Shown: positions 13,372-26,964 of the stretch, piece by piece
Layout of the letters: each line of letters begins with the position of its first letter
Position numbering within the stretch: the stretch's first letter is position 1
DNA from: Amoeboaphelidium protococcarum X5
Lineage: Eukaryota; Fungi; Aphelidiomycota
Direction of reading: 5' to 3'
Assembly (NCBI GenBank): GCA_023515725.1
Contig: JALDTO010000098.1
Coordinates: 708,164 to 772,163 of the forward strand
DNA: 64,000 bases
The notes under the pieces: model-generated
What the model was told of the DNA's origin: nothing
The model's database searches: none
Seen by the model: only the letters and a program-made list of their open reading frames with translations
Translations under genes and position numbers: made by a program

Positions 13372-13834
13372 TATCTTGAATATAATATAGCGTGAGATAT
13401 AATCACTGATCAAGCAGGACATGAAATAAAATAATTTATAGAAATTATAAATGGGAAAATTGGTCATGACATGCGTTCATCCAAGCGTGATATTTAGTCG
13501 CGTGTTGATGGCACCTCGCATGACATCTCTCTCCACCATGACTCGAAACAGGAAATTGTCCTCGTGTTGATCGAATTTTGATTTTCAGATATAATAGTAT
13601 CTAAACTTGGTGCACTTTGAAACTTTCTTCACATAATCTTTTCTTGAGAACTGGTTCATAATTAGACCTTCTGTGCTGAGTAGAGCGAGAGAGATCCGTC
13701 GTCATGGATTCTCAATGATTGTCTTGATTGATGCTGCTGCTGCCTCAATTCTATATTAGATTTACTTTGTAAATATTTTATACACATCCAAAACCTTTGT
13801 TAATACAATTAGTTGTATTTATCATTTCATAAAG

Positions 13835-16147
13835 ATGGGATTGAAAAAAATGGTGAAGCAAAAGCTGTCTAGTAAAAAGTCATTATCCAAGCCTGATGCC
13901 AAAGAGATGGAAGTGGTTGAAGCCTAACTGTTCTCCGGTATTCAAGTTGAAACAAGCCAGACTGAAGAGCCAACTAGTCCACAGTCTTCCGCTTCTGAAA
14001 CATCTAATCAATCGGCTAGCACTCAATCTACAGTTTCCAGTGGTAGTGGTAGTAGCAGTGGTAGTGACACCTCAGAGAAAAGTGTTAAGGAGAAGGCGGT
14101 TGCTTTAAATAAGATTCCAAGTGGGTTTGCATCAATGTCTGGATCTTCTGATGGATCCTCCGTGTCATCTCCATCAAGTGCTTCAGATAGTGATTCGCGT
14201 GGCTAATCGTCCAAACGAGTAGTAAAGTCCATTAACAAAACACCCACTCCAGTAGCGATTAAAGCTTAGAATTAGTCCAGTGCATCTACTCAATCTTCGC
14301 CATCCGATGTTAGTGATACTTTGTCATCCTCCGCTGACTCTGACGCACCATCAATATAAAAAGACAGTGGGAATAAATCAAAAGCTAATCAAGCTAAGTC
14401 TCCGTTGTCAGAAGTGTCATCGACGAAGAGTTTAGCAGCAGATTCTTCGAGCAGCAAGCAGAGCAGCGCAGTTTCCCATGGTAATCAAGAAGAAGATGAT
14501 GAAAACGAGTCACTCCATAGCAAGGTTGAGAAACTCAAAGTGAAAGGGGCTAGCGATTATACAGCGAGTGTATCAGAAGCGTCTCAGGTTACGGATGCAG
14601 ATGATAATGAGTAAGAATGGTCTCCTGTGAAAAGTAAACGTACGCTGAAGGCAGAAAGACGATCTCAAAGATCCTAGCAATCTTCCGCCGCGTCCTCTCC
14701 AGTCACATCAAGTGTAAGCAGCAAAGGTGCCAAGTCAAATGGAAAAGATACTAAGGTCAGGTAGACAGGCTCTTTACCCAAGAGAGTGGTCCAAGCATCG
14801 TCGAATCTGCCTTCAGGAAGCAGCAGTAGCAGCAGTGGTACTAGTCATCAAAGTAGTCTTAGCTCAGAGGTCAGCAAGTAGAGCCGAAGAGTGGAAAGTA
14901 AAGTCTCTGCATCTTCAGCAGATAGTCCTTTCAGCGCGTCATCTGGCTCACAAAGTCAATCGTCTGATAGTGAGATATCAAAGGCCAGAGCTAATGCGAA
15001 ATCTAAGAATCAAAACGCAGGAAATGGTATCTCTCCTCAAACCAGGTAGAATAAGAACAATAGGATAGAATAATGGCGCTAGACTTTAACAACGGAAGAG
15101 TTTGGATAGGCGGCTGTGCCTGGAATGGTAACTAATTCCGAAGATTAGCCTCTTATGAATATGTACAGCTCTAGTAAACCTAAAGTCGTCTAAAGTCCTA
15201 TTATGGGTGCGAACTACTAGCAGAGCGGAGCTGCTTAACCACCCATGATGCCTCCCGTTATGAACAACTACACTTAGGCTTAGAATTAACAGTTTTAGCA
15301 AATGTAAGCAGGCCCATACGCTCTCCCTTAGTATGCTTAATAGTTGGGCGCATATGGAAATGGCGGAGGCCAATTTGGTCCTGGTGCTGCCGCGTTCTCT
15401 AGACACTCTGGCTCATCTCCCTCAGTAGGATCCGCATTTGATGATCTGACGCCGTTTGATTCCATAAGTAACGGACCTGATCGCCGTGGTGGGTATCCAC
15501 CAATGTAATAATAAGGTCCTGTTATGCCGCAAAATATGATGAACCCATAATAGTTCGCGTTGTAGTAACAGTAAATGATGGCTTAATATGCCATGGGTGC
15601 AGGAAACCAGTTTATGGTTAATCGTAATGTTTAGAACATGTAGGCCCAACATCTTCCTTATAATTTCGGAAATCAGCAACTGCTTCAGGCTTAGATGATG
15701 TAATAGTAGCAAATGCAGTATGGAATGGCTCAAAGGCCGTCAATGATGCTAAATCCATAATTTCAGTAGTAGGGAGCAATGCGGCCGCCTCAGCAATAAC
15801 AGTCTGGACCAATAAGGCCCGCTTGGTTGGATGATGAGGAGCCAGCTATTGGTGGATAGAATACTCTGATGGAGCAGGTGAAGAAGGGCCGAGCGTAACC
15901 ATAAACGAGTGGAAAGAATCTGGTGGCATAGATCAAGTATGATAAAAAGACTGGCCAAGTACCCACCCTGTAAAAGAGTACACCTGCACAGCTCGGTCAA
16001 TAGTATCTGCAATAACAATAGTACATGATGATGCTCTCTCAGTAATAGCAGCAGTAGCAGCCAGGATATCCTTAAAATCTACAGATGCCTCAGTACTAGA
16101 CCAACTTTGATGATGATGAACCACTGAGCAATTTGAAGCCTCGTTGA
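13835..16147 (+). CDS. Low-complexity protein (Ser/Lys-rich N-half, Gln/Pro/Met-rich C-half), about 770 aa
   Basis: Long table-6 ORF from MGLKKMVKQK to ...NLKPR-TGA; no recognisable domain. Confidence 0.7.
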
Positions 16148-16318
16148 TTTTTGATTAGAATAATATAGTTACCATTAGATACGATGTACAGTGCCTATAT
16201 TCCTCTTGCTATGATACGCCTTTAAATTAAGAGAGCAAGGTAGTCAATAAAATTCAACCAATTATCATCTGACAAGCAACTAAATTTATTCAAATCAAAT
16301 CAACCTCAAAATATTTAT

Positions 16319-17683
16319 TCAAACCATTTCAACGTCTTGTACGGCAGCGTTGGCACTATTACTAATGTTAACATCCATCTTCTACAAAAAGAGAGAATAC
16401 TAATTAGAGTATATAACAATGAGTGTGTGAATAGACATCAAATCACATAATAGCAAAGTATTACCGTATCGCCGGAAGTCTTTTGCATGTACTAGTCCAT
16501 CTCAGCGTCCAACTACTCAGCCGTCTTCTACGGACCGTCCTCTCTATTTCTCTATCTGCGACCACGCTGACCACCAGGGCGACCACCTTTAGCATCGACA
16601 CGAGCTGGGCGGCTGGAAGTTGGACGGGAACGAATAGCTCCACCATTACCTCCTCTTCTATCATCAGGTTGAGATAAGCGACTCCTACCCATGGATAATT
16701 ACTTTTGAACTTTAGTCGGAGATAACAAATCAATAAATAAAATATTACTAAATGGAAGCAGTCTCAGCACCAGAGATACGGGCAACCATCTCAAGTCTCA
16801 TTGGACGACCTGCACAAATTACAATGGGGTTACGGCATGATGATAATTCAGAGAGATGAATATAAAATAATGCACTTACCATCAAGGGCGACACCATTAT
16901 ACTTCTTAATCGCATACAAAGCGTCCTACTTTCTAATGAATATAACCTCAGCACTTCCCTTGCTTTTACCAGAAGAGTCAAAGGACAGAGACACCTTCTT
17001 CAGCGGGCCAGCAGTACTGAACAGTTCCTTCACATACGCAACACGATAATAACAATAATAAGAGTTTAAGTAATCGAAACACCACGATGACAATGGTGGA
17101 CGAGCATATATGGAATTCGACATCCACCGTAGCTAAAGGTCATCATCATAATAATAATCATCAAAATCAATCAATCAATCAATCAATCATCAGTAAGTCG
17201 CCATTCCAAAGGATTACGGACCTAAGCTCTATTAAAAAGAGTCTCGTGTCGCATTGACACCTCATTATACGGAACGTATCAAGACCGATAGATAGATAGA
17301 TAGATGGACGGACAGACAGACTATTAATAAATCAATCTCAGTAAGCATAAGTGTCACTTGTCAATATCCACAGTGCTCGAAGCACATATGCCCACCCATC
17401 GTCATCTCGGTATATATACTATATAAAATCATACTTTCAAGTCTGCCTCGGTCACTTTAAAATCCAAATTACTGACCAACATCTTCTATCCAACATCCAC
17501 ACTAACATCTGCCACTGCTGGGTGAGCAGGACGTTAATTACCAACTGGACGCGCACCACGAGCACGGCTATTCGATGCTCTGCGTCTGCCACCCGCACTG
17601 TCATTATTACGGTTACTGCGTCTCTACTCACGGATAGCATCCAAACTCATATCCAACTTGTTATTGGCATTAACTGAAGTCAT
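16319..17683 (-). CDS. YRA1: Yra1/ALYREF mRNA export adaptor (introns 17028..17434, 16810..16879, 16685..16748, 16382..16464)
   Basis: N-box KLDMSLDAI, RRM KMLVSNLDFKVTEADLK/ELFSTAGPLKKV...KSKGSAEVIF, Arg/Gly-rich region, C-box KTAEQLDAEMDQYM; four GT-AG introns restore the frame. Confidence 0.92.
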
Positions 17684-18250
17684 TTTATCGGAGTGAAAAG
17701 AGTACAGTACAGTAAATAAGTATAAAGCAGCAGTAGCAGTAGTATAAAGCAATAGAGAGAGCGTGTGTGTGTGAGAAGAAGGAAAGGCGAGACGAAGGGA
17801 ACGAGAAAGCGCGCGCGCCGGAAGAGCGACAGACAGAAGCGACATGGGCAAAGGAAGGAAAGACTCTGACTGACTGACTGACTGACTGTGAGTGTCGTAG
17901 TCGTTATCGCTCTAAGGTTATGATCGGCTTAATCGAAACGGCCGATCGAACGAAAGATCGAACAGTTTGTAAAAGATGAAAGGGGACTTGTTTCAGGAGC
18001 CATTCGTTTCAGCGATCCCTTTCCCTTATGGACGCATTTGCTGTGACGAATCTCTTGGCAAATTTCCTATTTCGGTATGTGTTTGTTTTGAAACGCATTC
18101 ATATTCATCGATAGCCGTCGGTTTCAGATTGTTTGTTTTGATGGGCCGCCGATTTATTACGTCAGAAACACGGCCCAACTCTCTTCTTCTCTTCAAACAT
18201 ATCTCAAATATTCACATCTGAAATCTGAAATCTGGTGATTTGGAATCAAG

Positions 18251-20209
18251 ATGAAGTCTTTCTCCTATCTGGCATTGCTGCTATCTGCTTGTGTGCTTGA
18301 ATCAAGCTATGCTGCCTTTGATCGTGATCAGCTGTATCAACCTGCAAATGCCGTTCCTCGTAATCCTTAAGCTGCTGGTGTTGGTCCTGGTGCAAACTAG
18401 TCTATTGTCAATCGTGGCATTACTCGTGGTGGTGGTGCTTCTGCTGCTACCAACTACCGTATCATCACATACTTTACCAGTTGGGGTATTTACGGTAGAA
18501 ACTACCAGGTTGCTGATATCCCTGCTGACAAGGTTACTCATATCTTTTACGCTTTTGCTCGTCCAGAGGCTAGTGGCGCGATTCAGCTTGGTGATTCGTA
18601 TGCTGACATTGACAAGGCTTTCCCTGGTGATACTTGGGACACTAGCAAGCAGCCGTTCCGTGGTAACTTTTGGCAATTGAACAAGGTTCTGAAGGCCAAG
18701 AACCCAGGATTGAAAGTTATTCTGTCTATCGGTGGTTGGACTTGGTCTGGTCCGTTCTCTGACATTGCCGTGTCTCCTGGTGCTAGATCCACCTTTGCCC
18801 AGGCTTGCGCTAACCTTGTGCAGACTTATGGCTTCGATGGTATTGATATCGATTGGGAGTACCCAGTTGGTGGTGGCCTGCCTGGCAACTCTTACCGCCC
18901 AAATGATGGTGCCAACTACGTTCTGCTGTTGAAGGATGTTCGTGAGGCTCTGAATAAGCTACCTGGTGGCAACAAGTTGGAGCTGGCTATTGCTGGTCCT
19001 GCTGCTTTGGAGAAGATTGGCTACATGGATGTTGCTGGCATGAACAAGTACTTGGACTATCTGAACGTGATGACTTATGACTTCCGTGGTGGATGGTCTC
19101 CATACACTGGCCATTAGACTAACGTCTACCCTGTCCAGAACGATCCTGATACTAGAGAGGTTGTCTCAGCTGATGCTGCAATGAAGGCTTACATTAATGC
19201 TGGATTCCCTGCCTCAAAGTTGTTGATTGGTGGTGCTATCTACGGAAGAGGTTGGACTGGTGTCACTGATAAGAACAATGGTCTATTTCAGCCATATACT
19301 ACTATTCCAAAGGGAACTTGGGATGACGGACAGTCTGGTTTAACTGGAGTTTTTGATTACAAGGATCTTGTTAACAAGCTCTCTACTGGTCAGCTGACCA
19401 AATACTATGATGATGTTGCAAAGGCCACCTACGCTTGGAGCTCTGCATAGAAATTTATGGTTTCTTATGATGATCCTCAGTCCATTAGAGCCAAGACTGA
19501 CTATGTGAAGAGCAACAAGATGGGAGGTATCATGTTCTGGGAGCTGGCTGGTGACACTAAAGGTTCAGATTCTCTAGTTGACACTGCATTGAAAGCACTT
19601 TCTGACGGCTCTACTCCTGGTCCGCCTATTCCTAGCACTAGCAGCACCAGACCTTCCTCTACCTCAACTAGTACATCTACCTCCACTTCGACATCCTCCT
19701 CTCCATCTCCTACTCCAACTCAGTGTGTTGAATTATTGTCTCCATGTGCTCCTAGTAGAGATGTCATGGCATGTTCTGGCAAGCAAATGGCAGTTTGCGG
19801 TGTTAACTCTCAATGGGTTGGTGTTGCTTGCTCCGCCGGTACCTCTTGTCAAATTTTGAATGGCAATGTTGGTTGCATCTGTGATGAAGCTATTGATCCA
19901 AGAGCTTAAGTTTGCTTTTCAAGAACCACTACTACCTCTACTCGTACCTCTACCGGCTCTGGTCCAAATCCAACTGGCAATCCTTCGCCGCCTTCCTCCG
20001 GAGATGGTACTTGTGTCTAAGCTGGCAGCTCTTGTCGCTTCATGAGAGACACGATGGCTTGTACTGGTCCTAATCTGGCACAGTGTGGTAATGATAACAA
20101 ATGGTTCTCCATCGCTTGTCCTGGCGGTACTATCTGTCAAAATGCAAACAATCAGTTTGGCTGTGTATGGAGTGATTAGTTGGATCCAAGAGGAAAGACT
20201 TGCGCTTGA
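18251..20209 (+). CDS. Secreted GH18 chitinase with Ser/Thr linkers and two Cys-rich C-terminal (CBM19-like) modules, 652 aa
   Basis: Signal peptide; SIGGWTWS and catalytic FDGIDIDWEYP; MTYDF; GGIMFWEL. Confidence 0.95.
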
Positions 20210-20568
20210 TCTCCTCTATTTAATGTTTAAATGAACCCCATGTTTTTGAAGAAATGAAGATTTTGGTGAAAATATATTGATCCTTTTTATCGTTTCTTTA
20301 CTTTGATCTTGTTCACTTTCCAGCCTAAGTCTAGCTCTCATAATTTTATCGCTATGGACGTATGGATTGCTGATGAAGCACTCTGAGTCCAGTTTGTTGG
20401 AGATATGTATTGAGGCGTTATATTGCCAGATTTGTCCACTTGGAACTGGTTTGGCATCAGATTATTGATGGCATCAATATGAATTACTTTGCGTCTCCTC
20501 ATTGATTCTCTTTCTCTTCTATTGCTATTACTTTATCAAAGTATTTGGAATATACAATCAATCGTATA

Positions 20569-21561
20569 ATGAGCAATATGAGAAGAGTGTTTGTGGCGAA
20601 TGCTGATACTGCTGTGGGCTGTGGCGTGGTGTGCGAGCTGTTGGACAATGAAAAGTTCAGAGGCTAAATCAATGAGTTATGGTGCACAGTCCGTCATCCA
20701 GAGCGTAGTGGTCTGCTGTGGTCTAAAGGTGCGTGTGTGATTGAGATGGGTGACCAGCCAGATGAAGGATAGCTGAGAAAGCATTTGGATGGTATCGATA
20801 CTTTGATCGTAGTACCTGACTGGGCCACTGGCAAGATGGTGGATTAGACCAAGTTAATTCTGAAAGCTGCCCACCAGTCTCAGGTATAACGCGTCATGCT
20901 GATCAGTCGCGCTGGTATTGATGGTCAAGACAACAAGACTGCGTAGAATTACTGCAATATGGAAAAGTGTCTTCGCGAGTTTGGTTTCCAGGATGCCTGT
21001 ATCGTCCGTCTGGTGTGTCTGCAGTAATCCCTGTTCTTGCACCGTCTGATGATGATGGAGCGCAGTAAGTTGGAATGGCCGCTGAATGAAGATGCCAAGT
21101 TTACCATGATCAATATGCGCAATGTGGTCAAGTTTATCTGCAATGATGTGCTGGGTGAAGAGAGCCGTAAGCTGAAGAGTGGCGGCAATGTGGAAATGTA
21201 TCGCCTGTCTGGTCCAACCATCATAACTCCTCGCCAACTAGTTGATGTGCTGAATAAGAATGTTGGCTTGCAGTTGCAGTATCAGAAGGTTGATCCACAT
21301 CATATTCAGCGCTACTTTCAAGAGCAGTTGGGTCTGAGAGAGACTTTGACACGTGAGCTGTTGGATGAATTCGATTTGGTGAACAAGGGAAAGCTGAACT
21401 TTGTCAGTGATGATACCAAGAAGAAGATTGGGGAAGAGCCAGAGAAGCTGGACCACTTTATCAAGGACCACCGTTCTCTCTTCCACATGAAGCAGGGCGG
21501 TGGTGGTGGTGGATCATCATCTCAAGGCATTAGAAGTGCCCAGCAGCAGAGGATGTTCTGA
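20569..21561 (+). CDS. NmrA-like protein, copy 2, 330 aa (inverted duplicate)
   Basis: Near-identical to 10797..11792, one Gly codon shorter. Confidence 0.75.
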
Positions 21562-21765
21562 ATTGGTGGTTACTGACGCGCGTTCTATGAATTTTATCAA
21601 TTTTTATGACAATTATTGAATGTATGAAATATTATTTTGCAATTATCTTCTTGCCTAGTTTATACATACTTCTCATATTTTCCATGATCACAAAACCCAA
21701 CATTAAAATCAACGCACAACTGACGAGCAATACTATATTCTTCACTGAATCAAAATTTAATGCTT

Positions 21766-24759
21766 TCAGTCTTCATAATCTTCAAGAGGCGGACATGAGC
21801 AGATTAAATTACGGTCACCATATGCATCATCTAGACGCTCAACGGTTGGCCAAAACTTGCCCCGCTGTCTGACACGAGTCCAATCAAGAGGGTATGCAGC
21901 ACGCTCACGAGAATATGGACGAGTCCAGTCATCCTTCAGTAAAATCTCCAGTGGATGTGGGGCATTAGTCAAAATATTGTTATCCTTTGGCTACTTGCCA
22001 TCAGCAACTTCCTAAATCTCCTGCCTGATAGAAATCATGGCATCGCAGAATCTATCCAACTCAGACTTGGACTCGGATTCTGTTGGCTCAATCATGATTG
22101 TATTTGCGACAGGCCATGACATTGTCGGAGAATGGAAGCCATAATCTTGCAAACGCTTGGCCACATCAATAGCCTCAATGCCATACTTTGCAAATGGTCT
22201 AATGTCAACAATAAACTCATGGGCACACATACCATTCTTGTTCAAAAACAGTATCTTGTAGTGTTCAGATAAACGCTTAGCCATATAATTAGCATTCAGA
22301 ATTGCATGTTACGTTGCCATCTTCAACCCTTTAGGTCCCATCATCTAAATGTACGCCCATGAAATGGACAAGATACTAGCAGATCCGAACGGAGCCGCAG
22401 AAATAGATCCAAATGACAAATCACCGCCAGTCTTCACAATAGGATGATCTGGTAGGAACGGAGTCAAATGTTGTTTAACAGCAATAGGTGCCTGGCCAGG
22501 ACCTCCGCCACCGTGAGGGATAACAAAAGTCTTGTGCAAGTTGAGATGGCAAACGTCAGCTCCATAATCAGCAGGACGACACACTCCGACCTGCGCATTC
22601 AAATTAGCACCATCCAAGTAAACCTGACCGCCATGCTGGTGAACCATCTCACAAATCTCTTCCACTCCTTCATCAAAAACACCATAAGTAGATGGATATG
22701 TAATCATCATGGCTGCCAGATTGTCCTTATGCTTCGACAACTTCTCCTTCAGATCAACCATATCAAGACTACCATTAGCGTCACACTTCACCACCACGAC
22801 GTCCATTCCGGCCATACCGGCACTAGCAGGATTAGTACCATGAGCTGAGACTGGGATCAGACATATTTTACGATGTTTATCACCAATAGACTCCAAATAA
22901 GCTTTAATAGCACGCAGACCAGCCAATTCACCTTGGGCACCAGAATTCGGTTGCAAACTAACTGAATCAAATCCAGTAATCTCTGCCAGAGCATACGACA
23001 ACTCTTACAACAGAGTACGGTAACCTTCACTTTGAGATGGAGGTACAAAAGGATGGATATTAGAGAACTCTGGCCAAGTCACAGCCAACATCTCCGTGGT
23101 TGCATTCAATTTCATTGTACACGACCCAAGAGGTATCATAGCATTGGCAAGGGACAAGTCCTTATTATGCAATCTTGTGATATAGCGAAGCATCTCAGTT
23201 TCAGAGTGGTAAGAATTGAACACTGGATGCTGCATGAATTAAGATTAACGCACAAATTCATCTGGAATACCAACCAGCTTATTAGCAACGTCCAGATCCT
23301 TGGCCACTTGAGCAATATCTGGAATACCAGACTCGCCTACATGACTCTATACGTATTGACCATCAACTAGAGTGGGCTTCTTTGCAAAGATCATAATCAA
23401 ATTCTTCAGATCCTGCTCAGTCACAGTTTCATCAAAGGACACGGCCACAGTTTTCAAATCCACATGACGCAGATTGACGCCTTTACTCTCAGCGTATCTG
23501 ATTAAATCGTCTGCACTGTGGCCCAATTCTACAGTGACAGTATCAAAGAACGTTTCCGTCTTCACATGATGACCGAGACGCTTGATACTCTCAGCAAATA
23601 CAGCAGTCATGGAGTGAATTCTGCGAGCAATGTTCTTCAGACCCTAAGGACCGTGATAGACAGCGTACATGGCACTCATATTAGCTAGTAGAGCCTATGC
23701 GGTACAGATGTTAGAGGTGGCCTTCTCACGACGAATATGCTGCTCTCTAGTCTACAGAGCCAATCTATAAGCCTTCTTACCAGATGCATCTTTCGATACA
23801 CCGACAAGACGGCCAGGCAGACGACGCTTATGCTCATCTTTACAAGCAAAGAAAGCAGCATGTGGACCACCAAAGCCCAAAGGCACACCAAAACGCTAGC
23901 TGTTACCGAAAGCTATATCGCATCCAAACTCACCTGGAGCCTTGAGTAGAGTCAGAGCCATCAGATCAGTGGCACAGCACACTTGAGCACCAACGTCATG
24001 AGCCTTCTTGATATAGTTTTCACCATTTAGAACACGGCCGTCGGTAGTTGGATACTGTATCATGATGCCACTCAGATGATCTTTGTTGGCTTCAAAATCA
24101 AAGTGGGCCAAATCACCCACAATAACCTTAATACCGAAACCATCAGCTCTGGTCTTTACACAAGCAATAGTCTAAGGATGAATATCCTTGTCCACAAAGA
24201 ATACCTTACGAAGACGCTTCGATGCGGCAAAGCACATGGTCATAGCTTCAGCAGCAGCTGTACCTTCATCAAGCAAACTAGCATTAGCAATGTCCATCCC
24301 GGTAAGATCTGTTACCATAGTCTAAAAGTTCAACAGAGACTCCAATCTCCCTTGCGCAATCTCTGGCTAGTACGGAGTGTACTGCGTGTACCACTGAGGA
24401 TTCTCCAAAATATTGCGTTAAATAACAGGCGGCACAATAGTGTTATAGTAACCCATACCAATATAAGATTTCAGCTCCTAATTCTTACTGGCAATTTCCT
24501 TGAGGCGATTAACCAACTCCTTCTCCGTGAGAGGTTCATTCAAGTTGAGATCCTTGTTGAAAAGGATACTCGACGGCACAGTCTACTTGATAAGTTCATC
24601 CAGAGATGACACGCCACACACTTTCAGCATAGAGCCAACCTGCTAGTCATTAGAACCCAAGTGACGTCTTGGAAATGTGTCCAGAGGTGCAAATGACGAC
24701 ATGCATCTCTTCGACTTACCACGCAAAGAACGCCTACTTACATTCTGCAAACGTAGCAT
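21766..24759 (-). CDS. GCV2: Glycine decarboxylase P protein (mitochondrial), 997 aa
   Basis: Basic presequence; FPRRHLG; [11 protein letters not shown]-lysine motif; [11 protein letters not shown]; [11 protein letters not shown]. Confidence 0.97.
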
Positions 24760-25814
24760 CTTGACACGTCCACACTTACAAGTTAATAATAACTTAGATG
24801 TATGAGTATAAATGTAAGATGAAGTAGCCGAGTGTATAACTTGACAGAAAAAAGTTAAAACTTGACAATAAACAATACAATACAGCTAGCTTCCCGTCGG
24901 CACGAAATACGAAGAAAGCTCAACGATCGAAAATGCAACGAACGCGGAAACTTTTCACGAATGAAAGAATCGACGACGCGCTTCATCTCTTGAACGCCAC
25001 ACATCGTCTCGGCTCACACTGCGTTCCATTCCGTAAAGACCTCTTTCTAAAGTGCCGCTCTTTTGAGGAGTTTGTTTCAGATCTAGATTTGGATTCTTCC
25101 GATAAGCTTTATGCAGTCTTAAGTGATGATCATTGTTACATGATGTTCTGTATAATTATGTGTTTTCTTTAGAGCCAATATAGTAGCAGTGATTTGGTTT
25201 ACTGAAGATGGCCCCACTGATTATACTCGTTACTTTAAACTAATGATAATACCTATCTCATGAGTATCAAATGGGTCAAGTTTGGTAATAAGTTTCAAGT
25301 TTAGATTGTGAACGTTGCTGACTAGGCTAATGTAATAATTGCCAACTTTTTTCGTCTCTATGAAAGTTGATAGAGAATCGCTATCGTTACTTGACGATGT
25401 CGGTCGATGATACTAAGTGAGAGTTCATTCCGGAAGAACGATCAAGCTGCCGATCTACATTAGTTACTTTTACAGAGATACTTTTGTATAAACTCCAAAG
25501 CCTCAAATTGCGATATTGTAACATTCTGAGTAGTATCCGTAGTTTTCTCCCAAAACAGTATGCACTGCTAGTGAGTAAAATCATTTTTAATGTCACAGTT
25601 GCATTTGAGTGCAACGCGGAACCTCTGATCCAATGGCAGTCGAGCAGTCACGATGCTCAAAATCACGTTTTTGCGTTTCGCGTCAAGATTCGATCGGAAA
25701 ATGTTTCACATTTGATGTTCATTGTCTTGTGCTCTTCCTAATTATCACGGTGAACTTATTATACGCGTGGAAGAAATTATTATATTATATACTTATATAG
25801 ATAAATAGATTTAA

Positions 25815-26511
25815 ATGCGGATGGTTTTACTTTGGAGAGCGATTTGGATCTTATCAGTATCTTTGGTATCAGTCCACTCTGCATCTATTTCATTGTCGCG
25901 ATTATAGCCCAGTAATAGTCAACAGTAAGAGGTACAATTACATAAAAGGGGATTTATTGATTTTTTCAAGAATTTATTTGTTGGTCCTCCTCCTCCTCCG
26001 CCCCCTCCTCCTCCACCTCCACCACCACCGCCTCCTCCGCCACCTGCTCCAATAGTCAATAAGAATGAAAACAAGATTGTCGTTTATGTCCCAACACCTG
26101 CTCCTGCGACTCCTTCGCCACCTGCTACACCTCCTGCTCCTGAGACTCTCTTGTAGGATGGCAAAGCTCCTCCGGCTGCTGCATAAACTCAGGCAAGAGC
26201 CTCTAATCCAGCTGGCCAGAAAAAAAATCATCACAATCCTCAGGGAAGTGTTACCGCGCAATCTCTGACACCCCAGTAGCAATAGCAGCTTTAATAACAA
26301 TAGCTATTATAGTAGCAGTAAATATTGCACTAATAGTAATTATAAGAGTAGTTGTAACGCGAGGCTATGGCGGCTGGGGGTGATATCTAATCACGCGGAA
26401 TGCATCCACCTTCCGCTCAGTATCCTCAGCAAGGTATTGATGGCTTTCCGTATACTCAAATGACTGGTCCTGGATAATAGATGTCAGCGGACTTTGCGTA
26501 TATGCAGCATC

Positions 26512-26548
<37 letters not shown>

Positions 26549-26867
26549 GCATCCTACTCAAGAATCATATGGACTCTAGTGGAATCAACAACATTCTCCG
26601 ATGGCTAGATCCGGATAATATAATCAACGTCCGGAAAGTTATCAGTAAGATCCATATGAATTTATGAACGAATAAGCAATATTAGAGTAGTATCACTAGG
26701 GTGGCGCACATGGTGGTCACCATCCACAATAGTAATCAATGGGCCCACACGGTAAGCATAGAAGTTCACATTAATCCTCTCATTAGCAGTTAAATCCTTA
26801 GCTTTTGGAGACTTAAATGATGAACCCTGCGGCTATTTAGTAAATGTAGCCACAGTAAATGTATTGA
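25815..26867 (+). CDS. Secreted Pro/Gln-rich protein with dibasic KR site, 350 aa
   Basis: Signal peptide MRMVLLWRAIWILSVSLVSVHS; HKR/GFIDFFKNLFVG; long poly-Pro run; poly-Gln tail; TGA at 26865. Confidence 0.75.
26514..26546 (+). repeat. (TAA)11 in-frame poly-Gln tract
   Basis: Eleven TAA codons flanked in frame by CAA and CAG. Confidence 0.9.
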
Positions 26868-26964
26868 AATAAGATTGCTTAATTTAAATATTAACATTGA
26901 TCATAAAAATATTGTTTATTCCCATTTCAAACCAGACACAAATCATAAACATCCAACATCAGTA

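Noticed and set aside
17185-17410. Intronic box C/D snoRNA (ATGACGA...CTGA) in the YRA1 intron
   Set aside because: The C box is imperfect, and I found no terminal stem or convincing rRNA guide; a snoscan/Infernal run would be needed.
24900-25800. Possible gene between GCV2 and the Pro-rich gene
   Set aside because: The frames I checked are interrupted by TGA and I could not build a supported model.
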